Origin: Limnochordales bacterium
GTDB taxonomy: Bacteria > Bacillota > Limnochordia > Limnochordales > DUMU01
Assembly (NCBI GenBank): GCA_014896315.1
Contig: JADBKP010000001.1
Coordinates: forward strand, 201,557 to 265,556
DNA length: 64,000 nt
Direction: 5' to 3'
The notes beneath the pieces were generated by a model. That model did not search any database, was not told the DNA's origin, and saw only the letters and a list, made by a program, of their open reading frames with translations. The position numbers were made by a program, and so were the translations under genes. Below, in pieces: positions 46,319 to 55,056 of the stretch. Within the stretch, counting starts at the first letter, position 1, and every line of letters begins with the position of its first letter.

Positions 46319-47500
46319 TTAGGCGTTAGAACCAACCGGCGGCTCAAAGGTATCGATGACCGCTGCCACGTACTCTATCTCGTTGTCGGTGAGCTCCGGG
46401 AACATGGGAAGCGATAGCACCTCTGACGTCGCCCACTCGGCTTCCGGGAAGTCACCTGGCTTGTACCCCAGCGGTTCGAACACTTTTTGCAAATGCAGCG
46501 CCAGCGGGTAGTAAACAGCCGTCTGCACGCCGTGACGGGCAAGATGTTGCCTCAGGGCGTCTCGATACGGCTGACGTACCCGAATGGTGAACTGATGGTA
46601 CGTGTGCTCGGCTCCGGGTGCTTCGGCCGGGAGTGTAACCAAACCCTCCCGAACTGGGCGGGTGCCGGCCAGCAGGAGGCGGTAGCGGGCGGCGATGGCC
46701 CGGCGACGCTCGATCCACGACGGCAGATGCGGGAGCTTAACCCGCAGTATAGCGGCATGGAGGGCATCCAGGCGACTGTTATACCCGAGCAGATGATGGT
46801 AGTACTTGGGCTTTGAGCCGTGAGCCCGCAGCATCCGCAGTCGGTCAGCCAGCTCATCATCGTCAGTTACAACCATCCCGCCGTCCCCGAACGCGCCCAA
46901 GTTTTTCGTCGGGAAGAAGCTGTAACAAGTAACGTGGCCGTAGCTTGCCACGGGGCGCGACTCGTAGCGTGCTCCCAAAGCCTGGGCCGCATCTTGTATG
47001 AGGGTCAGCCCGTACCGGTCCGCAATCGCTCGCAGACGCGGCAGATCCACCGGCTGCCCGTACAGGTGGACGGCAACAATCGCTTTTGTCCGGGGAGTGA
47101 TGGCCGCCTCCACCATGTCCGCGTTGAGGTTGAACGTGACAGGGTCTATGTCGACGAACACTGGTCGGGCACCCAGGCGTGCAGTCGCTCCCGCAGAGGC
47201 GAAAAAGGTGAAGGGAGTTGTAATGACCTCGTCGCCTGGGCCGATGCCCAGCGCCAGCTGAACGAGGTGCAGCGCGTCCGAGCAATTACCCACGCCAACA
47301 CCGTGCTTTACCCCTGACAATGCAGCGACTTCCGCCTCGAAGGCAGCTACTTCGTCGCCGAGGATAAACTGGCCTGCTCGAATCACCCGTTCAAAGGCAG
47401 CAACCAGGTCATCGTGTAAGGCTTCGTTCTGCCGCTTCAGGTCAAATACCGGAACCTGCATTGCTTGCGTCAGACTAGCCATGCGGCTCATCTCTTTCAC
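46319..47500 (-). CDS. DegT/DnrJ/EryC1-family PLP aminotransferase (WbpE-like)
   Basis: 'ITTPFTFFASAG' and 'FFPTKNLGAFGDGGMV' (PLP lysine). The GTG start forms a GTGA overlap with the upstream stop. Confidence 0.85.
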   Translation of the reverse strand: MKEMSRMASLTQAMQVPVFDLKRQNEALHDDLVAAFERVIRAGQFILGDEVAAFEAEVAALSGVKHGVGVGNCSDALHLVQLALGIGPGDEVITTPFTFFASAGATARLGARPVFVDIDPVTFNLNADMVEAAITPRTKAIVAVHLYGQPVDLPRLRAIADRYGLTLIQDAAQALGARYESRPVASYGHVTCYSFFPTKNLGAFGDGGMVVTDDDELADRLRMLRAHGSKPKYYHHLLGYNSRLDALHAAILRVKLPHLPSWIERRRAIAARYRLLLAGTRPVREGLVTLPAEAPGAEHTYHQFTIRVRQPYRDALRQHLARHGVQTAVYYPLALHLQKVFEPLGYKPGDFPEAEWATSEVLSLPMFPELTDNEIEYVAAVIDTFEPPVGSNA

Positions 47501-48225
47501 CCGTTTGATCGGGGAAACAAAAGCTGTTCAGCTGGCACTTCCCTCACAACCCGGGCGGGACAGCCCATCACAACACTGTAGGGGGGCACATCTCTCGTTA
47601 CCACCGACCCGGCAGCAACAACCGCTTCCTGCCCGATCTCTACTCCGGGCAGGATGACCGCACCCGCGCCAATACGGGCCCCCCGACGGATGGTCGGTCC
47701 CCGCCGGTGCTTGAACCGCTCTTCCGTGCGCCCCATGTAGTTGTCATTTGTGGTTATCACCATCGGTGCGATAAAGACGTGATCTTCAATGGTTGTGAAG
47801 GCGGTAATGTACGCTCCTGTTTGAATGCGAGTGTTATCGCCAATTGTGCAGTCGTTTTCAACCGTAGCGTTATGTCCGACGATCACGTTCTGACCGATGA
47901 GACACCTTTCTCTTATCTGTGCTCCGTCGGCAATGAAACTTCCCTCGCCGACAATGCTGCCAACATAAAGTACCGCGCACGGTCCGATGACGCAGTCACT
48001 GCCGAGGCGTAGCCACAGCTCCTCATTCCCGGCCGACCGCTGCAGCCGCGCCAGAGTGCTTGACCTGGCTACGGTAGGGATCATTCCCAGCACCGCATGG
48101 TCACCGATCTGGCACCGATCACCGACCGCAACGTTATCTCTGACCACGACGAAATGGCCGAGCCGGACATCAACGCCAAGCCGGGCTCGCGGGCTTACCC
48201 AGCACAGCTTGTCCGCGCTATCCAT
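47497..48225 (-). CDS. Left-handed beta-helix (hexapeptide) N-acetyltransferase (WbpD-like)
   Basis: Repeated hexapeptide units ('IGDHAVLG', 'IGQNVIVGHNATV', 'IGDNTRIQTGAYI'). It is the first gene of the minus-strand operon. Confidence 0.8.
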   Translation of the reverse strand: MDSADKLCWVSPRARLGVDVRLGHFVVVRDNVAVGDRCQIGDHAVLGMIPTVARSSTLARLQRSAGNEELWLRLGSDCVIGPCAVLYVGSIVGEGSFIADGAQIRERCLIGQNVIVGHNATVENDCTIGDNTRIQTGAYITAFTTIEDHVFIAPMVITTNDNYMGRTEERFKHRRGPTIRRGARIGAGAVILPGVEIGQEAVVAAGSVVTRDVPPYSVVMGCPARVVREVPAEQLLFPRSNG

Positions 48226-48248
48226 CCTAATTCACCGTCTGTCGACCG

Positions 48249-48281
48249 CAATGACGGCCGTCGTCATTGTTTGTCTTTTCC
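48249..48281 (+). terminator. Terminator-like hairpin oriented against the polysaccharide operon
   Basis: CAATGACG-GCCGT-CGTCATTG followed by TTTGTCTTTTCC on the plus strand. On the minus strand it would be a 5'-UTR hairpin 24-45 nt upstream of the ATG at 48225. Confidence 0.35.
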
Positions 48282-49097
48282 ATTTACGTCGCTTTGCCTT
48301 GTGATTTCCGTTTCAATCTGTCGGAAACAACCCGGTCTCCTTGCCACCCGGCCTCGCTCTGTCACCCCTTGATCCCCGTTCTCAAAAGAACCTGCGCCCG
48401 GCGAACTCCACCTAGAGACCGGGCTGCACCCTATCTTTTGAAGGCTTTCTACAGCTGTCGCCAGCTTCCTGCCCCGCAAAAGGCTTTCTGAACCCGCGCT
48501 AAACTGGCATAAACTCTGACATTCATTCCTTCGGTTCTAAACTGACTGCGTCCGCCGGGCGTGCTGATATCACGTGGCCACAGCGAAACAACAGTGGGCG
48601 GGTTGCGTTCTCGCCCGCCCGAACAGCCCCTCGGCCTACCGCGCCAGCAGAAAACAGACCACAACCACGATAGCCGCCACCAACGCATACAGCAGACGCT
48701 TGCTCTGGCGCCGCCTGTGCTCCAAGTGCCACGGCATCCAACCCCTCCCCGACGCACGCAAGGCCCGGCCACAGACACAAAGGGCCGGCTTCTCCCAAGC
48801 ACGGCCGGTTGCGCCACCAGCTCCCGCCGGTATAAGGCGCCCAGCTATAACCGGGGTTCATCGCTTCCGTTTACTGGGTTGATTTTCGTCTCGTTTCCTG
48901 TAATTCCTATCTATCCCTAAGTGTATCGATAAAACACTCGGCGGCGCGACCGCCACCGACGAGAATCGCAGCTCTCGCCGGCTTGTTACCCGTTCCTCTG
49001 TTCCTAAAATAACCCTAGCTCGCCGCGCCCGCAGAAAACAAGCGACAACCAGGCCGGCTGCCTATTTCGCCCTTCGGCAAAGATTTCGAAGAAGGTC

Positions 49098-49123
49098 TAA
49101 ACTGCCATGATTGTCGTGCCGAT
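49098..49123 (+). promoter_or_regulatory. Sigma-28 (FliA/SigD)-type promoter of the flagellin gene
   Basis: TAAA-16 nt-GCCGATCC compared with the consensus TAAA-N15-GCCGATAT. It lies 55 nt upstream of the ATG. The RBS AGGGAGG is at 49162-49168. Confidence 0.55.
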
Positions 49124-49177
49124 CCTAGCCTTGGAAGCACCTCCACCTCATCCCACCGGTACAGGGAGGCGGGCGAA

Positions 49178-51166
49178 ATGCGGATCCACTACAACCTCGG
49201 TGTGGCGCAGGCGTTGATGGCACTGCAGAGGAGCAACAGGGCGATGGCGGTGGCCAGGGAGAGGGTTGTGTCCGGGCGCAGGATCAACCGGGCGGCGGAC
49301 GATGCCGCCGGCCTGGCCATTGCCCAGCGTCTGAAGGCCCAGATCCTGGGCATGAACCAGGCCGTGCGCAACGCCATGGACGGGATCTCGCTGCTTGCGA
49401 CCGCCGACGCTGGCATCGGGCAGCTGCAGCAGATAGTTCACCGGCTGCGGGAGCTCGGCGTGCAGGCGGCCAGCGAGACGCTCACCTGGCGGGACCGGCT
49501 GGCGATCCAGCGGGAGGCCGACGAGCTGACCCGGGAGCTGTCCGCCATCGCCAATCGTACCGAGTTTAATGGAAAGAATTTGCTCGGCGGGGGCTTGCGG
49601 CAGGCTTTGTTGCAGGTGGGGGCGAATGCCGGTGAAACAGTGGCGGTGGGGATTGACGCGCTGGACGCGAAGTCGCTCGGCCTGACCCCGGAGGTGCAGG
49701 GGTATGTGATTGAGGGGCGGGGGATTGTGGAGGTGGCGGTGGACCCGGCCGCAGCCGTAGCCGTAGGAGTCGTCGAAGGCCAGGGCGCTGGCTCAGGCGC
49801 AGGCTCAAGCGCAGGCTCAGGCGCAGGCTCAGGCCCGGGCTCAGCCGCAGGCGCAGGCGTAGGCGCAGGCGCAGGGCCAGCGCTGCCCTCAGGAGCTTAC
49901 GAAGTCCGGCTGCACCAGGGCGGCGGTTGGGTGGTGACGGCCGGGGGCAACCTGGTGTTGACAACCGTTCAGCCCCGGCAGTTTACACTGGAGATTGCGG
50001 AGGCACCTCCGCCCGGCACTTTCACGGCTTCACTCCCGGTCGCCGGAGCACAGGGGGAAGGAGTGCCCGGAGAAGCCACAACCACACTCATCTTCCGTTG
50101 CGCCTATGCGCGGGGTTTCCACCTGAGGCTTGTCAAAGCGGCGACCGGGGGTGCCCCCACATCTGTCTCCTTTGGCTGGGACGACGGGCTCGGCATGAAC
50201 GTCCTCACCGTCACCCTTGGCACGGACGGCGCCGGCAATATCGCCGCCACCTGGCAAGAGGTAGCGGCGGCCATCAACAGGAGCGGCTTTGGCATCTACG
50301 TCAATGCCACCGGGGCGGGGGCCGCCTCGGAGACGGCGCGGCCACTGGAAGCTACTCTTGTCACTCAGGCCGCGCCCATCGCCACCTCCGCCACCTTCGA
50401 TGCCGCAAGCGGCACGTTGCGGGTGCTGCTCGGCCGCAATGAACGGGGCGAGGTGGACGCCACCTGGGCCGACGTGGTGGCCGCCATCAACGGGATTCAA
50501 CCGCCGCCTGGCATCACCGCCGCCCATGACCCGGCCCACGCTCAGGCCCCTGCCGATGCCCAGGCCTGCACCTGGCCGCCAAAGCTTCTGACCGCCGGCA
50601 TCTCCTTCAGCCTGGTGGATATGAACGGCAACGTGGTGGCCACCCAGGCCACGCTCCGGGATGACAATTCGGTAGTGCTGGCCGATATCGTCACCCTGCA
50701 CTGGAACACCGACCTGATGGCCGAGCTGCTGAACCCGACCGTCCCGAGCACCCCGACTCTCCCGCCCGGCCAGGCGGCCCCGACCGCCCCCTCGGCCTGG
50801 GGCCTCAACGTCATCGGCGTCGTAACCGGCGAAAAAGGCGTGCTGGTGGACACCCGTGAACACGCCCAGAACGCCCTGCCGCTCCTGGACCACGCCCTCG
50901 CCCGCCTCTCCGGTGAACGTTCCCACGTGGGCGCCCTCCAGAACGGCCTCGAACGCATCGTCGCCAATCTCCAGCTCTTCCGCGAAAACCTGACGGCGGC
51001 CCGCTCCCGGATCGAGGACTCCGACCTGGCGGCCGAAGCAGCGCAGCTCTCCAAGCACGAAATCCTTACCCGCACCTCTGCCACCATCCTAGCCGCAGCA
51101 AGCGCCCACGCCACCACCCACCTCGAATCCCTCTTCCAAACAATCCGGCAGCCGGCAATCCGATAG
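49178..51166 (+). CDS. fliC: Flagellin with enlarged hypervariable central region
   Basis: 662 aa. The N-terminal D0/D1 region includes 'RINRAADDAAGLAIAQRLKAQILGMNQAVRNAMDGISLL'. The C-terminal D1/D0 region includes 'HVGALQNGLERIVANLQLFRENLTAARSRIEDSDLAAEAAQLSKHEIL'. The ~400-aa central region carries two 'ATW..V.AAIN' units. Confidence 0.9.
   Translation: MRIHYNLGVAQALMALQRSNRAMAVARERVVSGRRINRAADDAAGLAIAQRLKAQILGMNQAVRNAMDGISLLATADAGIGQLQQIVHRLRELGVQAASETLTWRDRLAIQREADELTRELSAIANRTEFNGKNLLGGGLRQALLQVGANAGETVAVGIDALDAKSLGLTPEVQGYVIEGRGIVEVAVDPAAAVAVGVVEGQGAGSGAGSSAGSGAGSGPGSAAGAGVGAGAGPALPSGAYEVRLHQGGGWVVTAGGNLVLTTVQPRQFTLEIAEAPPPGTFTASLPVAGAQGEGVPGEATTTLIFRCAYARGFHLRLVKAATGGAPTSVSFGWDDGLGMNVLTVTLGTDGAGNIAATWQEVAAAINRSGFGIYVNATGAGAASETARPLEATLVTQAAPIATSATFDAASGTLRVLLGRNERGEVDATWADVVAAINGIQPPPGITAAHDPAHAQAPADAQACTWPPKLLTAGISFSLVDMNGNVVATQATLRDDNSVVLADIVTLHWNTDLMAELLNPTVPSTPTLPPGQAAPTAPSAWGLNVIGVVTGEKGVLVDTREHAQNALPLLDHALARLSGERSHVGALQNGLERIVANLQLFRENLTAARSRIEDSDLAAEAAQLSKHEILTRTSATILAAASAHATTHLESLFQTIRQPAIR
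49784..49878. repeat. Imperfect GGCKCA/GGCGCA hexanucleotide array encoding a Gly/Ala/Ser tract in flagellin
   Basis: Read directly: ggcgctggctcaggcgcaggctcaagcgcaggctcaggcgcaggctcaggcccgggctcagccgcaggcgcaggcgtaggcgcaggcgcaggg. Confidence 0.85.
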
Positions 51167-51204
51167 CAGCATCCCGACCGCACCGGTACATCCCTTTTGC
51201 TTCC

Positions 51205-51975
51205 TAGGTCCGCCGCACATCTGCTGCATACTATACACGATCAGCCAAACCAGCTCCGTTACTCCCCCGCCTCAAGCTGTTGCGTAAACTGCCTCCGCCA
51301 CCCCCCACCGCATAACCATTCACTCCACCCAACCCTCCCCGGCCGCCTCCATCCCACTTGCTCGCCTCCCGTTCACACAAACAACCGCTGCAAGCTGGCC
51401 TTCCGCTGCCACCCGAACATTCCCTGACCGCCACTCTCACTTATCGGGCCGAATAATATACACCCAGCAGCTAAGTCTCGTTACGCCGAACTGCAGCTAC
51501 ACAACGTTCGATTTAATACGTACGATACCCTTCACCGGCCGCCTCACGTTCGGCACTCCGGCCAGCTTTCAGTCCCAGCGCCGGATGCCCGTCTTAGAAA
51601 ACTCACACAATAGGCGTGCCCGAACCGAACGGTAATCACCAAACTCCACACGATCGTCGCCCTTTGATCGAACGGCTTGTAGCTGGGCTTCCCTGCACCC
51701 AGCCTCAGCAGCCCGTCGCATAATATACAGCCCATGGATGCCACTTTCACGATGTGAATGTTCGTGGTTTCGCGTAACCAGCAGTTCAGGCGGGGAAAAA
51801 CAGCGGCCGCCTGCAATTGCCTACGCAGGTGGGACGCTTTCCGTCCCGCCCGAAGTCCGCATACTCATGCAGCCGTCTTCCCTCGCGGTCAACTCTTGCC
51901 CTGCTAAAGTGGGGCTGCGCAATGGCCGCTCCCGCATACCATACAATTTACACTCGGATTATCTACGAATCCGGC
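51205..51975 (+). repeat. Intergenic modular repeat, copy A (modules M1 + short M2 + M3)
   Basis: M1 (51205-51520) aligns by eye with 56681-57000. Short M2 (51520-51650) aligns with 53103-53205. M3 (51650-51975) aligns with 53215-53533 and 57385-57670. Confidence 0.8.
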
Positions 51976-52136
51976 GGACGAATACGGCCCGTCTTCGGCG
52001 CATACGCTCGATCTTTCTCGGTCCAAATCGCCGACCTGATCAGACACGCTTCGACACACCCAAATGTTACCATGGGTGACAGGCTGGTTGGTGTTGGTAC
52101 ATCGCAGGACTGACTTCGGAATCGGGTGGTGAAGTA

Positions 52137-53102
52137 GTGTCGCCAGAAGGGGTGCAGCCGCAGGGAAGAGCTCTTTCGCACGATCAGCTTTTCAAGAGCC
52201 TGCTTGACCGGTTTCTGCCCGAGTTCGTGCAGCTCTTTCTTCCCGACCTGGCCCTCAGGCTGGACATGGGCACGGTCAAGTTTCTGCAGCAGGAGCTGGT
52301 CGGTGACCATGGCAAGGTCGTAGACCTGTTGGCTGAGATGAAGCTGGCCGCAACCGGCGACCCCGTCCTCGTCCATGTCGAAGTCCAGGCCAACCGGGAA
52401 CGAGAGTTTGCACGAAGAATGTTCTCGTACTACGCCCGCATCACCGAACGTTACCCGTACCCTGTCGCTCCTATCGCCCTCTACCTATTCGAACCCACAT
52501 TTAGTGAGCTATCCGCCAGCCAAGAGCTGTGTCGCAACGCCCGCCAGTTGGAGAGTTGGGTGGACAACAGGATCGGCATCGAGACGTTGCGGTATACGTT
52601 TTACGCGATACACTTAAGTCGAGTAGGCTGGCGGCAGCTCGCCGGAATCCGCAACCCCGTCGCACTTGCCCTTCTCGGAGTGGCGGGACGGCGGCTGAAT
52701 GACTCGAACGCACGGGTGCAGGTGACGGTTGAGTTTTACCGCGCATTAATCCAGGCGGTGGTTGAGCCACAGGATCGGCAGCTATTGGCGGGGTTTTTCG
52801 AAGCGTACATGCAACTGAGCGGCGAGGAACGACAGTGCGCGTGGAAGGTGCTCGAATCATTGTTCCCCAGGGAGGCAGAGGCAGTGGAAGAGATCTGGAC
52901 TCCTTTGCACGAGATGGGCAGAGCCGAGGGATACCTAGAAGTGGTTTTGCGCCTGGTTCGCAAGCGTTTGGGCCAGGTTCCACCCGATATTGAGTCATCC
53001 GTCCGCACCCTACCGCCCGACAAGGTGCTCGACCTGGCTGACGCTTTGTTCGAAATCGGCACCATTGAGCAGCTGCAAGCCTGGCTGGCAGCGAAGGCAT
53101 AA
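52137..53102 (+). CDS. Rpn/YhgA-like PD-(D/E)xK recombination-promoting nuclease / putative transposase with DUF4351-like tail
   Basis: 321 aa with a GTG start. 'SHDQLFKSLLDRFLPEFVQLF', 'VLVHVEVQANRE' and 'RMFSYYARI' fit the family. The C-terminal 'LPPDKVLDLADALFEIGTIEQLQAWL' resembles DUF4351. Confidence 0.7.
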   Translation: MSPEGVQPQGRALSHDQLFKSLLDRFLPEFVQLFLPDLALRLDMGTVKFLQQELVGDHGKVVDLLAEMKLAATGDPVLVHVEVQANREREFARRMFSYYARITERYPYPVAPIALYLFEPTFSELSASQELCRNARQLESWVDNRIGIETLRYTFYAIHLSRVGWRQLAGIRNPVALALLGVAGRRLNDSNARVQVTVEFYRALIQAVVEPQDRQLLAGFFEAYMQLSGEERQCAWKVLESLFPREAEAVEEIWTPLHEMGRAEGYLEVVLRLVRKRLGQVPPDIESSVRTLPPDKVLDLADALFEIGTIEQLQAWLAAKA

Positions 53103-53533
53103 GTTCGGCGGGCCGGAGAGCCTTCACTCCCAGCACCGGCTGCCTGTCCTGTAGAGCCCACCCAATAGGCGTATCCGAACCGAACAGTAACGCGAAAACT
53201 TCACACGATCGTCGTCCTTTGATCGAACGGCTTGTAGCTGGGCTTCCCCGCACGCAGCCTCAGCAGCCCGTCGCATAATATTCAGCCCATGAACGCTTCT
53301 TTCACCATGCGAATGTTCGGGATTTCAAGAAAGCAGCAGTTCGGGCGAGGGAAAACAGCGAGGATAACGAGTCTAGCAGGCAGGTGGGACGATGCCAGTC
53401 CCGTCCGCTCGTCGAATAGTCATGCAGCCGCCTTCCCGGGCGACCAACTCATAGCCTGCTACCGCGGTCCTGCCCGCTCCCCGTCCCTGTATACTATTCA
53501 CTCCGCGCTTCGATTACCTACGGATTCGAGAGG
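53103..53533 (+). repeat. Intergenic modular repeat, copy B (short M2 + M3)
   Basis: It starts 1 nt after the Rpn-like stop codon. It shares CTTTGATCGAACGGCTTGTAGCTGGGCTTCC, CAGCCTCAGCAGCCCGTCGCATAATAT, the GGGAC..GTCCC hairpin, AATAGTCATGCAGCC and TTACCTACGGA with the other copies. Confidence 0.8.
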
Positions 53534-53568
53534 TATCAGCGGGCCACTCCGACGGGCGTGACGCGGCG

Positions 53569-53648
53569 GCGGGGAGGAGGCCGGTGCAGCCGGTTCAGCC
53601 GCTGCGGGCAACCCTTTGCGGGCTCTCTTCTCCGGTCCTCCTCCCCGC
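53569..53648. other. Long inverted repeat (16-17 bp arms, ~47-nt spacer) downstream of the solute-binding-protein gene
   Basis: GCGGGGAGGAGGCCGG at 53569-53584 pairs with CCGGTCCTCCTCCCCGC at 53632-53648 with one bulge. No U-run follows on either strand. Confidence 0.6.
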
Positions 53649-53669
53649 TTCGCTCCGCTTGCCGTCTCT

Positions 53670-53713
53670 TTACCGCTTCCTTACCGCATCATTACCGCAT
53701 CATTACCGCCTCA
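53670..53713. repeat. Tandem 11-mer x4 (TTACCGCWTCM) overlapping the stop codon of the solute-binding-protein gene
   Basis: ttaccgcttcc ttaccgcatca ttaccgcatca ttaccgcctca. The last unit contains the TAA stop (53703-53705) and the final codons. Confidence 0.9.
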
Positions 53714-55004
53714 GGATCTGCGCCAAGCGGGCGTCGAGTTCGGCCATGGCCGAGGCCACGCCCAGCCCTTCCAGGACGATGTCGTTGCAGGCAGCGTTGA
53801 TCTCACGGATGATGTCGTCGAACTTGGGGTGAGCCAGCTCCATCGTGGCGTGGTTGAGACCGGTAAGCATTATCCGCATGTCGGGATCTCTCTGGGCCAT
53901 TTCGGCAATCCACTTATCACCCCTGGGAATGAAGAGGCTTCCCGTCTTGTACCAGAACGGGGCGTTCTCCGGAGAGGTGAACTCGTACGCTACCTTCCAC
54001 GCTTCGGCCTGGCGCTTGCTGTTGGCCAGAACGAAGTAGCCCCAGGCGTAAGCAATGTTGGCTGGACGACCGAAAGAAAGGTGCGGGTACTCGGCAACAC
54101 GCAGTTCAAAAGAGTTCTGAATCGCATCACGCAGGCCGACCAGAGCCATGGAGAGCCCGGCGACAAACCCGATCTTGCCTGCCTCAAAGTTCGTCTGGCT
54201 CTCGAATTCCGGAATTGCGGCCCGATAGCGGTTGTAAAGGTCGGCAAACACCTGCAAAGCGGCAACGCTCCGAGGGCTGGAGAAGTTCGGCTTCCCGTCC
54301 TTCAACCAGTCCTCACCGGCAGAACGCATCATACTCAAGAACCAAAAGCCGGTGAACGGCCCCCAGCGCACCAGGGCCAGACCGGCCCGCTCCACACCAC
54401 CTGGGCCGATGCGGGTGAGCTTGCCGCCAAGTTGCCCCAGTTCCTCCCAGGTGTTAGGAACCTTTGCGAAACCGGCAGCGTCGAGCATGCTCTTGTTGTA
54501 GTACAGCCCCAGCCAGGTCAGCTCGGTGGGGAGGAAGTAGAATTTGCCGCCAAAGTCGAGGGCACCGGCAACGCCCGGCAGGAAGAGCCTGGCGAAGTCG
54601 GCCTGCGAGGAGAGCCCGAGCGCCTTGTAGTCAACGGGAGCAAGCAGCCCCTGTTCGATGAAGCTCGGAGCGTAGCGGGTGGGAAGGAGGACCATGTCCG
54701 GCGTGACGCCTCCGGCCAGACCGGCCAGGAGCTTTGTTTGTACCTGAGTCCAGTCGATGTACTCGAGCTTCACATCGATATTCGGGTACTTGGCCTCAAA
54801 GTCTTTCTCCAGCTTAGCCTGGATCTCGGGGTATGGACTCGTGCCGGAAGTCCAGACGGTGACAGTCACCCTGGTTGCGGCGCTGGCCGGCGCCGGCGCT
54901 CCCAGCCCGATGCCAACAGCAGCGACCAGAAACACCAACAACCCAGCAAGAAGCGCAAACCTACCCCAGCACGGCTTTGCTGAACGGAAAAGCCCTTTCA
55001 ACAT
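53703..55004 (-). CDS. ABC-transporter extracellular solute-binding protein (carbohydrate type, family 1)
   Basis: The track ORF runs to 55034. The ATG at 55004 lies 4-5 nt after AAGGAGGG. The signal/anchor is 'FALLAGLLVFLVAAVGIGLG'. Length and composition are typical of sugar-binding proteins. Confidence 0.8.
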   Translation of the reverse strand: MLKGLFRSAKPCWGRFALLAGLLVFLVAAVGIGLGAPAPASAATRVTVTVWTSGTSPYPEIQAKLEKDFEAKYPNIDVKLEYIDWTQVQTKLLAGLAGGVTPDMVLLPTRYAPSFIEQGLLAPVDYKALGLSSQADFARLFLPGVAGALDFGGKFYFLPTELTWLGLYYNKSMLDAAGFAKVPNTWEELGQLGGKLTRIGPGGVERAGLALVRWGPFTGFWFLSMMRSAGEDWLKDGKPNFSSPRSVAALQVFADLYNRYRAAIPEFESQTNFEAGKIGFVAGLSMALVGLRDAIQNSFELRVAEYPHLSFGRPANIAYAWGYFVLANSKRQAEAWKVAYEFTSPENAPFWYKTGSLFIPRGDKWIAEMAQRDPDMRIMLTGLNHATMELAHPKFDDIIREINAACNDIVLEGLGVASAMAELDARLAQILRR

Positions 55005-55056
55005 GTTTCCCTCCTTAAGTTTCCCCGGGACCATTCACGCAAGAGTCGGCTGTTGC

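Noticed and set aside
48264-48920. Cluster of 70-122-aa ORFs on both strands between the polysaccharide operon and the flagellin gene
   Set aside because: They mutually overlap, have Arg/Gly/Cys/Pro-rich shadow-type composition, lack ribosome-binding sites, and show no motif. I treat the region as non-coding.
50030-51183. 342-aa and 213-aa minus-strand ORFs inside the flagellin gene
   Set aside because: They are shadow frames of a gene with unmistakable flagellin N- and C-terminal domains on the plus strand.
53616-54983. 455-aa plus-strand ORF
   Set aside because: It is exactly antisense to the solute-binding-protein gene. It has low-complexity Arg/Gly/Pro composition and no recognisable domain.
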